A DNA stretch of 64,000 nt. Source: Kudoa neothunni. Its lineage: Eukaryota; Animalia; Cnidaria. Shown here in pieces: positions 1 to 13,279 of this stretch. Each line of letters begins with the position of its first letter. The stretch's first letter is position 1. The notes below the pieces were generated by a model. It saw only the letters and a program-made list of their open reading frames with translations, was not told the DNA's origin and searched no databases. The stretch covers positions 1 to 64,000 of the forward strand of contig OZ199839.1 in NCBI GenBank assembly GCA_964304625.1. Direction: 5' to 3'. The position numbers were made by a program, and so were the translations under genes.

Positions 1-1199
1 AATTTATTAGTATCTTTGTTTTATTTCAGGATTTCATATTGTTCTTTAAAACTGAGTAGATTCGTTGATCTTAAACTGTATGTGTGGTTATTGTACATTA
101 ATAATAATAATAATAAAAAGTTTTGTACGCTTTCATTATTAGATTGTTTTAGGTTTAAATCGACTCTACTATTTTTCATAGAATAGATAATAAACCTACG
201 GAATTAATTTCTTCATTAAAGCGGAGTTTAATCAATGTTCAAACTAAAAAAATTTTTTAAAACAAATGTAGAAAGTATTTTTATTAGCTTTAGTGTAAAT
301 AATGTATATACGACAAATGGATAATGATAACAATGTGGATGACATTTAAATATTTTTTATAAAAAACTGTGGACTTATTGGTAAACTCAAATTGATTGCT
401 TTTACACATATATCCCTGAGAGCCTAATATCAATGATCAAATTGATGATAAATCAATTATACATGATCCGATAGAATCTTGGAGGAATCCGACCAACGAC
501 AATCAATTATAACAAAATTTTATTTTCTTTCAGTTTAATAAATCAATTAATTAAAATCAATAATTATTGATTAATAATAAACTAAAATATTTATTCTCTA
601 AAATTTTCGAGAAACGTATATAATGGTTTGGATGGATTAACTCAGTCATTAAATCTTATGTGAAATATTAAAATGATGTAATAAACAAATAATTGGTACA
701 TGTAACATGTTTGATAATAATCATATACTACATTAATCTCGAGACATTACTAGGTTTTGTCTTATGCCTGCGTAAACCAACGGTTATATGGAACAGAATT
801 TTTATTTTGTTCCATTTTAAATTTCCCAAAAAGTGCGCTCTAGCGATACTTAGATTTTTTCGCTGTTTAAACGAATCTTTATATATAAAAAGTTGAAAAT
901 TATTATAGAAGGCGAAAGATTTTGTTATAATTGCACAAGATCATGTAATTATACTCTTCTGTAAATAAATATTTTATTTTGTACTTCTGAAATCTATAAT
1001 ATTTTAATTTTATATAACGTTTAATATAAAATTTATCTTTGAGAATAAGATTTTCATCATTGAATTTAATTATAAATGAATGAATGAATAAATAAATAAA
1101 TAAATAAAGAGAAAAAATATTATATAATTGTTAAATATTTTTTTAATAAATTTGTTATAAGTGTTATATTTTTTATTATAAATAACGTATGAATTTGTA

Positions 1200-1216
1200 T
1201 TATTATTATTATCATT

Positions 1217-1247
<31 letters not shown>

Positions 1248-1280
1248 GTAGTAGTAGCAGTAGCAGTAGCAGTAGTATTA
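1200..1280. repeat. Compound trinucleotide microsatellite (ATT/ATC then AGT/AGC)
   Basis: tattattattatcattattatcattatc...agtagtagcagtagcagtagc read directly. Confidence 0.9.
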
Positions 1281-4014
1281 TGTGGGAAACAACGGTTTAA
1301 AAAATCCGATGGTATATATCTTCCATTTCTAGTTAAACACCTTTTAAATTTAGAAGGAGAAAACCTCCAAAAAAATTATAAACTAAAACATTATTATTGA
1401 TTATTAATCAGTTAGATAATGCAAGACATGTGAAATTATAGTATCTGGTTTTTATTCTTACAAGAATATCCATCTATTTGAAATAAAAATTTTCAATATG
1501 ATGCAAATCGCAATGAAAATGACCACCCCACATATATATTAAACGTGGATAAATTGAAAAATTCTATCTCAGAAATATGCTGAACATTTTAAGACCCAAA
1601 TGGATTAAATGATTTCTACCTAGTGATAGATAGGATATCAAAAATTGTAAAATATATCTAGAGATGTATCTTTAAAAAAAAATTTTCCAAAAAATAAATG
1701 TTAATTAATTTGTTTTAAACAAAATAATTGAGTTTGATATTGCGCGCGCGCGCAGTTATGTGAATATTGCGGACTGAATATGAAATGCGTACCTCTTTGT
1801 CATTCTCCAGAAAAGTGCGCAATAACTATTTTTGACTGTGTTGCGTCAATTTAAGTCGTTATTCGGCCAATAAATATAAACTTTAATTTAAATCAATGTA
1901 TTTTTTAAATTAAATACGGATGTTTTTCGTTAATATCCAATTAATTGTTTCGAAAATCCAACACGTTCTTAAACAACAGATATATTTAGATTCCCTCGTA
2001 GCAAAGATCCGTTCGGCTGAACAAATTTAAAATTGTGATTTCGCTCGTGTTCGTTCGTTTTTACTTGCAACAATTTCTGTTCGTGTGAACGAACACGGAC
2101 GTAACTCATGAATTTCGTCCAAATCCTTTCAGGACGACTCAAAGAATTTTTGTATGCATTTAGATATAATTTGAGAGTGTTAAAAGATCCTGGTTCCATC
2201 TTGGACAAGTCTTTCGGTATTACTCGGCTACGAACGCTTTTTGGTATACATAAAAGCAAATAGATATACGCTTGTTCAGCCGATAAATTTTCAAGAAGAA
2301 TCATAGCTTTCACTTCCTCTAGTTGAGGTTAAATGGGTGTGTTTAATTTAATTAATTTTCATTTTTCTACCAATAATATAACTTTTTTCCAACCCTGTCA
2401 CCAATGTAAGACAGCGAACAAGACACAATTTGAAGTAATACTAAAGGATTAGCAAACATTTAATACTGTTATTGTAAATATACTTATTTGTTAATCCTCA
2501 CAGAATGCTCTCTACAACAGGAAACTCACAAATCTAATGAAGACTCATCATACTTTGAATAACCCGTACAAGAGTCATCGGAATCTAAAGATTTATCGCA
2601 ATATTCAGGCAGGACGAGGATCCTACGCTTGTCATGTTGCGCATGCGGGGATAGTATAATGTGTATAGTTTTTGGTTATTTATTCGATATTTACTTGATA
2701 GAATATTCTTTAATTTTAAAAATAGCATAACTCAATATTTTAAATAACTTTATGAAAAAAAAATGTGGAGTAGATTTGTACCCCAATTTTATTGAGGAGG
2801 TATTTTTACGTTCACTATTTTTATAAAGACCAAAAATTTTTAATTTGTTTTTCTATAACCCATCAAAAAGGAAGAAAGTTACAAACACTTGATATAAATC
2901 ATGTTCGATTAATACGTTATAATATTATTCGCAAGAATCACTTTTGGTAGAAATCTACTCCAATTTGCTTAGAGAGTTAAATAAATCAATCAAAAGCAGA
3001 GATCGTACATAACGCAGCGAATTTACGCGATGAAACTCCATTCCTTGACTCATTACATAGAATTGCTACGTGGGCTGTGTAACGCTCTAATTTCACAGTT
3101 TCCTATTATATCATGGTTGCTACTTGTGATCGGCTCTGTCTCAATTCGCCGTTATTTATGCATGTATAAATTTAATTGTATAACTTATTCCATTCACCAG
3201 ATTTTATAATATAAAATTTTAGGATTCGATATTATGTGTCATTTTTAAACCAATTCAATTCTCAGATGTATACGAATTATCTATAATAATAATAAAGTAT
3301 CACACTTGAACCTAGTCAAATTTGGAAAAAATCGTTTAATATTTTAATTAATAACTCAAATTAGATACACTCTGATTACACATGAATAAACTATAAATAA
3401 AATAAAAATTGTGTTCCTTGTGAAATGATATAATATCCACTTAATTAATGACAACAGCCTGCAAACAAACTTAATCTAAACATATTATGCCATTTACATA
3501 GAAATATACATTAGTAATTTTTGAAAAATATTATTTACCTTTTCATTAATTAATAAAACCCTTTAAGGAGCTCAATATTTGAATAACATTTGTTAAACCT
3601 TACTATTTATCCATATGTAATCACCTTGGTTGATTTGTTTATCATTTTATATATAATCTTTCAATATCAAAATGAAGTATCGCTTGATTTTTCCTTCTCA
3701 ACATTCTATTACATGATTTTATTGTTTCGAGTGGAAATGATAACCAACAAGTAATTGTAATTTTCGTATAATAGCTAACCTTTTTCACTCAAATAAAGTA
3801 TGGAATTGTATTAATCAAAGGTTTCTATCACAATTTTCTCTATTGCTACAACCGAATCAAGTTATCCCATGTGGTAGATGCCTGGATACCAGAACTCGAT
3901 ATTAGAACATGGATAAATTCCAGTAATATATTAATAGCTAGCGTGAATTGCGCCTTTTTACGCGGAATTGGGAATATTTTTATCATAGAAATAAATGTCC
4001 AAAAATTAAAAAAT

Positions 4015-4367
4015 ACAATAGGTGACTGATAATACGCACTTTCGTCAATACGAGATATTCAAAGTTTATATTGGGTGACACGGTTTATAATATTTTTATG
4101 ATTGTAGAAAGATAAAAGTCTTTAAAATATTTTTGAATTAAACTAGGAAATTAAAAAATCTGTTATTTCACATGATTAACCGATAATACGAAATTTGTTC
4201 GGCCAAACCCACGTCGGTTTTATTTTTATTTATTAGAAATGAGAGTAAAATTTAAATTTAAATGGTTGCATTTTTGTAGGAATATTAGAAATAACGGAAA
4301 TTGTCCCAAAATATGTCTAAAAGCGCAATAATATTTGTCATTAGACAACTTATGCTATTCGCTATAT
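4015..4367 (+). repeat. Unclassified dispersed repeat family R, copy 1 (interrupted by a hAT MITE)
   Basis: taggtgactgataatacgcactttcgtcaatacgagatattcaaagtttatattgggtgacacg... recurs, diverged, at ~18130 and ~60090. Confidence 0.8.
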
Positions 4368-5049
4368 CAGTGTTCCCCAACGCGGGGGGGCGACGCCCTA
4401 CCGCTGGGCGTGAAAAAGTTTTGGTGGGGCATGGATAATTGTGAGATAATTTGGCAGTATGACGCACATTGAAATCAATACTTTGAATTTTTATTTTATT
4501 TATTTTTATGCGAAAGTTAATATCCTTAAAGAATACAAAAGCACTGATCAATTTATATAAAAAATATAAAAAACTTTAACATGGTTTTTGCTCAGTAGAA
4601 TCGGAATGATTATAATTCAAATGTTGCCAAATTTATTACCGTGATTCCCTCTTTTTTTGACTTATCCAAAAACAATATTGATTAATTGTCAATATGAATT
4701 ATTTAATTTCGATTTTTAAGCTTCGAATACAAAAATGTTTTGCCTGATGTGGGTTGGATTACCACAAATTTCATTTAACGCAGTTATTGACTGAATGAAG
4801 TAGTATAAATGTTAATTTTTAAAGTCCATCTACGAATTAAATTAGATCGGATCGAATATATTTTTATCCTAATTCTAATGAAAAAAGAAATATATATTAG
4901 TCATTTTCTAATTTTAATGTGGCATGAAGCTTGATTCAAAATTATATTCAGTTTAAGTTAAAAATCAATACTTTTGAAAAAGGTGGGCGCTGAACTGATT
5001 TATTAAAGAAAAAAATGCGCACGATAGAAAAAAAGGTTGGGAAATACTG
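4368..5049. mobile_element. Non-autonomous hAT (Charlie/Buster-type) MITE, 682 bp
   Basis: TIRs CAGTGTTCCCCAAC / GTTGGGAAATACTG. Perfect 8-bp TSD CGCTATAT at 4360-4367 and 5050-5057. Second copy at 22221-22858. Confidence 0.92.
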
Positions 5050-5069
5050 CGCTATATCCAAATAAACTA

Positions 5070-6358
5070 CCGGGTTTTTAACCCGGAATCCGGATTGCAC
5101 GTAAGTCAAATCCGGACGAATCCAATTTAAACTGTTTGAGTAAATTTTTATTGTGATAAAGTTAACATAAATTAATAGTTTAAAGATATATGCATTTGGA
5201 ATCTAATCCATCTTGATTGCTAAACACTAAAACTAGTATTATTGCAATAAAGACATCAAATAATTGGCGAAATATAATAATTAAATAAATTGATTTTTGA
5301 ATCTCTACCGATATCTTGGTGTGTATGGCATTTACCACAAAACGACTCGCAATGTTGAAAGTATTCTTTTAAGTCACTTTCAGTTACTTCGTTTGGAAGC
5401 ATCAGCCATCATTTGGATCAAATCCAGGTTTTCATTAATGGGGCCATCTTTTCCAACCAAGGATTTTATTTTGGAAAAAACTTTCTCGCAAGGATTCAGA
5501 AATGGAGAGTAACGCGGTAAATAACCAATTTCATAGTCGTAGTTGTCGTAAAACTCTTGATTACTATGATGGAACCTTAAGATGTCCGTGACAATAGTAA
5601 AATTTTTGTTTTCTAGAATATCAGCAACCTTCTTTAAAAATGCTTGAAAAATTTCATCATTGACACTTCCCTGGATAGCTTCCGACAAAACCACATTTAC
5701 AGCGTTTAACTGCCAAAATCATTGTGACGTTTCGTCCTCGACTGTTAGATATAACAGGGTTTGGAGTAATCCCAACAAGAGAACGCCCACGGGGATCGTA
5801 TGAGATGTAGAGAAAAGGGACTCTCATCGACGAAAATTTGATTGCGGCATCTAAGTTGATGGGGATTCCTGTATACCAACTGACATAATCTAACCTTTCT
5901 GCTTTTACGCTAGAACAATTTCTACTTTAAGGGATTCGGCCCTAGTCATCTTAAAGATATATTTGACTTTTTAAGTCATTTGTATATAGTAGATTGTCAA
6001 ACTTGTACTCCAAGTTTTTCAATAATTCCACTCAGAGTGATAGAGCAATCATCCCCGATGATAGAATAAAGCCTTTCCTGAACATCATTCATCATTCGTT
6101 AATTTGGTGTTTTTGCTCCACCTTTTTGATACTTTAAATGAGTTTCCTTTAAGTCGTATTTTTTAATAATATCGCTCAGTGTAGAGCGCGATGTTTTTAG
6201 ATCTTCAGAAATTTCTTTCTAGGATTTACCTTTCTGGATGACAAGATATACCACAGTTTCGGGAATTGAGTTTGGATGTCGATTCTTTTAGGCGTCTTGG
6301 TCACTACAAATCCGGATTTGACTTACGCGCAATTCAGATTCGGGGGGTGAAAACCCGG
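5070..6358 (-). mobile_element. Tc1/mariner-IS630 DNA transposon with decayed transposase
   Basis: ~48-bp TIRs (ccgggttttt..gtaagtcaaatccgga) and TA TSD at 5068-69 and 6359-60. Minus-strand fragments: HTH (KEISEDLKTSRSTLSDII), IFVDES, VTDILRFH, YLPRYSPFLNPCE. Stops and frameshifts present. Confidence 0.9.
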
Positions 6359-8719
6359 TAGATATTTTATCCCTTCTTGACTCGATTACCTCACTTACAA
6401 TTTAAGGAATATACAAATTATCAAAAGTTAGTTCAAAGTCTATTAACTATTTAATTAAGATTGATAACTTCATTAGTTATTTGGGGTTTTATTATGGGAC
6501 TTGTTTATTGTTTCATTATTCGTGGGTGACAATATTCAGCTAATGATACTTAAGTAATAAATTTTTCATATCTTTAAATATTAAATGAAATTTAACTAAT
6601 TTTCTATCATTAAATTTTACACAAAAACATGCAAATCTTGCAAGATTGGGAAATTTTATTATCTAATTGACAGTGTAATGATGAAGATTGTGGCATCTAA
6701 AGAACATCTTCATTAATCCAAACTTATCTGTTTTTTAGATTTACTTTTAAACGCGATAAATTATGGACTCCTAAAATAGCATCACAAAAGTTATTTCTAA
6801 ATTTTTGGATCGTATCAATAAAAAGGTTTGGAGCATGTGTTATCCCCATTATGTTCGTTCTTACTTCGAAGTTTTGTTTATTTTTCTTGCATTCCTATTG
6901 ATTTATTTTTAATGTTATAGTCTTTTTTTTATTAGTTCGATGCTTAAATGAACTATCAGAACTCATATTTTGAAATTTTCTTATATTATGGAGGAAAATG
7001 TCTCGTTTAGTAGTCATATTTAATTAAATATCGTTTGTAAGCTGATTTTATAAGTAACAACATTTTTCTTAGTTTAATAATATTTTTAGTGGTGTTTTGT
7101 TCAGACATAAAAAAAATATACGTATATTTTTCCGAAAACATTTTTACAATTATTAATTTGTATACATGTTTGGGAAAAAATGGAAATCACCTTTTCTGAT
7201 CTTTTCTGATTTCATTTTGTAGGTAATAATTCAAAGTACAACAAATGCTAAATATTATATTTATTAGAGTAACGTACATAAAAACAATATATTTTTTTTA
7301 TTACTTCAATGCTAAAGGTGTTATATCATGAATTGAATTTTATTAAATTTCCGTATTCATATGAGATTTAAAAAGATTATTCATTGTTGAAGTAAACATT
7401 TTTACACGAATGCTTCGGATTACCAAAAGTTTAAAAACCTGTTAATCCTACGACAGTATTCTTAATATTATTCGATAAAATATTTTTTAAATTATGAAAA
7501 TAAAAACCTTTGAAGATCCATTGAATAATTAATTTGAGGATGTATCATCAACTGGGTTGATGAATGATATTTTAATCAAAAATTAATTATTTCAAAGTAT
7601 GCTATATCAACCTATAAATAAAATACTTTAATCTGAATTTAGTATTGTTATAATACGGTTTTTATTTTACGAATAAATAAAAATTCATCCAAAAATGAAA
7701 AGTGATTTAAACGAGATGTCGTCGACACATTTAGGTTGTCATAATCAAGAATAGAACCCAACCAACTTATTTCGATCTGACATAATGTATATGTGAGGAA
7801 ATTGTTTTTAATTGCTTAATTATAGATTTTTTTAAATTTTTATATTTAAAAAATTATTAGCGAAAAATCTTATGTGATGTTTCATTCACATAAAGATTAT
7901 TTAGGTGAGGTCTTTCTTTACCATATTTTATACCAAACATTTCATTACTTTAATATTTTGTAATTATAATCGATTTAATGATCCACGTATACCAAAACTT
8001 GTCATCCGCCTCCCTAGAATCGTTTCTCGCACCCTCTAGGGATGCCCTATATTATCGAAAAAAAGTCGTTTCCTAAAATTTGTCCTATAAGTGATTCCCC
8101 TTTCAACATTTTTTTCATATTTATTTATATCATAAAAAACAACATTGAACAACTCAAATTCAGATCAAAAAATAACTTTAAAATCCTATGTCGAGCATGT
8201 TCGGATTCAAGTGTAATTTCCATTTAGAAAAAATATAAAATTCTTTAACTTCTTGTATTAAAAACAGTTAGTTATATTAATTACTCCAAAATTTGTTTAT
8301 ATTAAATAACAGAATACTAACAGATAACTCATTGGGTTTCCGCGTTTTATATATTAATGCGTTACAAAATTAAAATAAATTTAAAACAAACTCATGTGAT
8401 ATTTATGTTTACTTTCTATAAACGTACATTTGTGAGAACGTACTATGTAAAACTTAACAATTGACAGTCAAGGAACCTAAGTAGATCATATATTCACATA
8501 CCAAAGTTTGGTTTTTTAATAGATTATAAATATATGACGTAATATTAAAATTTATAACTAAAAACTAATTAATAAATGTTAATTTTTAGATTTTACCCCA
8601 TTTTTATATTAGTTTAATAAATCAAACTTTATTTGTGTAATCATTATTCTATTTTTTTAAATACTCTTAATTTACTTTAACTTAAAATGACCTTGGCCTA
8701 CTCAAGGCTTTAGTCCACT

Positions 8720-8763
8720 GGCCGGGCGGGGGAAGCGCACGCGAAGCGGGGCTTTTGTGCTAG
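8720..8763 (+). mobile_element. Helitron 3' terminus
   Basis: GC-rich hairpin aagcgcacgcGAAgcggggctt followed by CTAG|T at 8760-8764. 5' end not located. Confidence 0.6.
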
Positions 8764-8764
8764 T

Positions 8765-11700
8765 TAGGTGTGATTCCAGCTAAAATCAAGTTGTTGAGTA
8801 GGATTATTTACTGCGCCTGCATTTTTGAACTCTCCCAATGTTTAAATGCAAACACTGCCAGTTTCACGGATATGAGTGTATCTCTAAAGCCTTACATTTT
8901 CATACTGGGTTGGTTTAGATTTTCAGTCATGTCCACGAAAGAGTAGAATTTTAGGAGCCACTCAGTTTCAGCTAACTCCAGATATACTCGACATCGACAT
9001 GTTGCAATTAATGTTATACTCACCGGCGACTAAAATTCGTTGCGATGCTGTGCTTATTTATATTAATTTTTTCACGCTTATTTATATCATTATTTGAGAA
9101 GTTGGAGCATACAAAAATTATTCACAATTTTCATTTTTAACATTTGACGATTCTTTACAATTAAACCTAAATTTGATCAAGTTCTCATCGCGTGATCCTC
9201 GCGTTGTGGGTAGAGGAACTTATGTTTATGCTGATTTCTGAATTATTTTACAAAATCATGTTTCATTACCACATGATTATCAATGAGACTATATTTTGAT
9301 TAAATAATTACATAAAACTGACGTGTAAGGATGTGTTAAAAATATTTTATCCTATGCGCATTATTTACCTGAACGAAATAGTGGTGATAGTTGATATAGG
9401 AACTGACGATGAGTTTTTGTTTGCTCAAAAATAATAGCAATCATCTATTTAATTTCTCAGTATCAACAAGAAATCATTCGCGAATTCCAAATATATGTAG
9501 TGTGTCAACTGCAGAGGGTTACGACACCATGTGTATATCAGAAAGTAAGTCCACAAAAGCACATAACTAACCTAGTTAATTAATCATTCCCATAAATAAT
9601 GAAAAAAATATTAATATATATGTATGTAAACGGTAATATATACGAGTATACGTCTATTTTAATAATGATGGATGGATGGATGCAAAACCAAATCTTGTCC
9701 CACCAAGGTGACGTTTTTTCCGGAATAGATTATCGGTTGAACAAAAATTAGAATTAACAAGCATTCTCAAACTAATTTATTATTGCTCGATGTAGAACAC
9801 GATTGAAACAACCCTTTCAATGATTCCACTATCAAAATTGACCATAATAAACTGTTTTGTAAAAATTTGGGCAGTTTGCACCAACCATTCCACGCAAAAA
9901 GAAAAATTTTGTGATGATGGCTACGTTATCGAAATAGATGAAAGCCTTTTACATGGTAAATGAAAAAACAACAGAGGGAGATATCTAAAAGCTGATTCTT
10001 GGAAACATTCCTCTACTAAGGAATTTTTAGTCATTAGATATTCACAGAATGTAATAAAAAAGCTAAGTTATTGTTTATTAATGGTATTTTTAGGTAGACA
10101 TGAATGACAGCAAATATTGCCCAGAATGTGACGAATTATCTGATGATCATATATGTATCTGATATTTGTATATGCAATCGCTATAATATAAAATAGCTCT
10201 TTGTACACATCCAGAAAGATATGGTAACAGAGTAGATGGCCCTTGGATTTTCGGATCTTGGTTATGCTCAATTGTTGATAACGGAAAAAGTACGGTTAAA
10301 GAAGTAAGATATTTCGATGTAAAAAGGATAAATCAAAAAACCTTGATCCCTATAATTGAAGCGGAAATTTAAAAAGGCTTTACAATATATATAGTGATGA
10401 GTGGTCTGAGTACAATAAATTGACAGAACTGGGATATAACCATTTGAAAATCAATCACTCAGTGGCATACTCTATAGGCGGGATTCATTCTGATACTATG
10501 GAGTCATGTTGGGTGGTTTAAAGCCGAAACTCCTGAAAATAAGAGGAGGGTTGAGTAACTCAAATATCGAAGGTTACCCCAAGGATGAATGGTGTCGTTC
10601 CGTTATTGTAACGAAATTCCAATTATTAAATAACTATTAAAATATTATTAATAAATATTATTAAACGGAATAAAATTCTATTTTTTATTGGCGCATGAAT
10701 AAGCAATTATTTTTATGATAATAACTTGATTAAAATTATTCCCAGTTCATATATTCTAAAAATTTTGAATATCCTTGAAAAATAAAAGAAATAAAGGTCA
10801 TATCTATGACAATAGTTCGAGTTAAATTGTATTTCATTTTTGTGCCCAATAATAAAACAAGCCCTTAAAATATTATTATTACGATGGATTATATTACAAT
10901 AAATAAATAAAATGAAAAAGGTAAAACCAAAAATCATACGAGAAATCTCTTATCCATAGTAAAAAATGTTGGTGCCAGTATAAACGCGCACTTTGTAAAT
11001 TACTGAAAATTACATGGCTATAAAAATGGATTAAAGTATATTTAGAACGTATCACAAAAATATAATTAGATCAATATTCTCTATTTTTTTTTCCACGTTA
11101 ATGTCATATCTATCCTAGAATAATTTTGATTTGTAGTATACATTGATCTCTCGATTTTGAAATAAAAGACAAATATCACTTAACCGAAAAGAGTGAAAAA
11201 AAGATACACTAAATTTATCGTTAACTTTTTGAAAATAAAAATAAAATACATGTTAAATTTCATATAGAAAATCATATGAAATAAATGTATAAACTAAATT
11301 AGCTGTAATAAAATTATGCCAGCCCCAAAATTGATTATAAAAGTTTATAAAGTTTCCACTGTACCATTTTTCCTTTTCTTAGTTAACTCTAATTACTGTT
11401 GTTTGATATTTATAAATGATTCTATGACCTTTAACACATAAATAACGATATTATATAAATTAATAACAGCTAAAAACCCCTTAGAACACACTAAATATGG
11501 GCAAAACAATAATTAGAAGGAAATCATGGAATGGATTATATGAACAACGTGAGGATTAAGTGTAAACAATTGTCAGTCGCTAGAAATAAAAATTTGTGAA
11601 TAATTTTTGTATGCTCTAACTTTTCAAATAATGATATCAATAAGCATGAAAAAATTAATTAAAAATAAGCACAGCATCGCAACGAATTTTAGTAGCCGGT

Positions 11701-12800
11701 AAGTATACCATTACCCATGTTTCATTTCAAAGAAAATTCGCATTTCGCCTATTTAAGCCGTAAAGCGGCTAAACATCCTCCCTGACAGCCAACCCACGTT
11801 TCTCTGCAGAAACAGAACAGGATAATTTTTGCCAACTTCATCCAGCCATGTTTTGTATTGACGATCATTTAACGGGGGGCAATAAAGTTTACCGGCCAAA
11901 CGACCAGTGATATCATCTAACAAAGTGTTCGCCACACATTTGAACACAGTGCATCTACTGGTGCATGATGCAATGGATACTTAGAATGTGTCTCTTATCA
12001 TGTTCACAAAAAAGCTCTATGAGACCTTTGTTTTTTCCACCATGCAAGGAGAACAAGGGTTACTCTCCGAAAGAAGTTAATCCGTCGGTTGATTTTTTTA
12101 ATGAAAACAATGTTGGAGTTGAATAAATCCTCCTCTTGTTGCATTTGTAGGAAAAATTGCACGATATTTCTCAAGTAGTGCCACCGGTAACCAATCTTGT
12201 AATCACATTAACCTCAGATAAATTGCTTACGTATGTTGGTATGTTGACTCATCCAAAGCGAGAGAAAATCCGGTGTCGCACTTATATCCATCACTTTTGT
12301 TGCATTATTTTGATTTAACATCATGGTTATACGATTGCGAAATGTTATCGCCGACAGAAGCATGTCTTTATACCTTTGATTATTTTTTCTTTAATCAAAG
12401 AATCGTTAAAAAGTTCATTGGCAGCATCAAACACGAATTCTTTGATATACCCCTCATCTGTGCATGGTTTTCCGTTTCTTAAAATTTCTAAAACGCGATA
12501 AAAGCTATTCCAAATCCATTCAACTTTAAAGCCCAAACGTGGAGTTGCTGCTGACTAGCCTGTACCCCTGATAATAGCTCATGGCTCGCTTTCTTCTTGC
12601 TTTCCCAGGATATTTTGATGTAAATGCAGTATGACATGTATCGACGTTGACTCTTTGTTTAACCATCCCATATATAGAATTTAATAATTGCATATTAGAC
12701 ACTTCAGAACTCTCCCTCTTCCACAAAGGCCAATTCTTCTGCCTTTTTCCGCTAAAAAATTCGATAACCTTAGACTCTTTTTATTTTTGCTATTTTCTCA
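8765..12800 (-). pseudogene. hAT (SPIN/Buster, GTF2IRD2/ZBED-like) transposase relic, split by a Merlin element
   Basis: Fragments LKCLICN, NGKPCTDEGYIKE..KEKIIKGIK, FSLALDEST and VGWLSGRMFSRF..EMKH. Reading resumes past the insertion as LELAETEWLLKFYSFVDMTENLN. Confidence 0.85.
9007..11715 (+). mobile_element. Merlin (IS1595/ISXO2-like) transposon, decayed
   Basis: ~75-bp TIRs (taatgttatactcaccggcgactaaaattcgttgcgatgctgtgcttatt...). 9-bp TSD catgttgca (8998-9006) / catgtttca (11716-11724). Motifs VIEIDES..NNRGR, GPWIFG, YSDEWSEY, HLKINHS. Confidence 0.88.
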
Positions 12801-13279
12801 AAAGGGTTTATAAATTAAATCTGATGACAACGCGATTAAAAGAAAATAGTTTACTCCCTGACCAAACGACAAGGCGTTGTGCGTACTGTTTTGTATATGC
12901 ACCTATCGGTCATCATTTTTGACATCAAAATATGGCAACACCACTTGAACATTTTCTCTTCCTCGTCTGTGGTTGCTACGATATTTATAGATAGATAGAT
13001 ACATCGACACAACGGTATATAAATTTGCCATTTAATCACTGAAATTACAGCAGGCCAGATTCCTAGTTGCCGTCCCGCGTATGCGCAAGGGATTCTAACG
13101 AAACATTTTCTTATACGGTAAGGTCTCGATATAGAGGGAAAATTTTGGGAATAGCAATCTACCAATCTACCGCGCAATATGAAGATCTCACCCAATATCG
13201 AGGGTTTGTTCGTGTGCATTATTTTTTTCACGGAAGAAATAATCTATTTTTTATCTTTGTTCAGGCCGTATACTTTATA

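Noticed and set aside
1969-2313. ORF vaguely resembling a retrotransposon gag fragment
   Set aside because: No diagnostic motif, LTR or downstream pol.
7405-7470. FGLPKV, resembling the Penelope RT motif YGLPKIHK
   Set aside because: A single short motif with no supporting downstream RT sequence.
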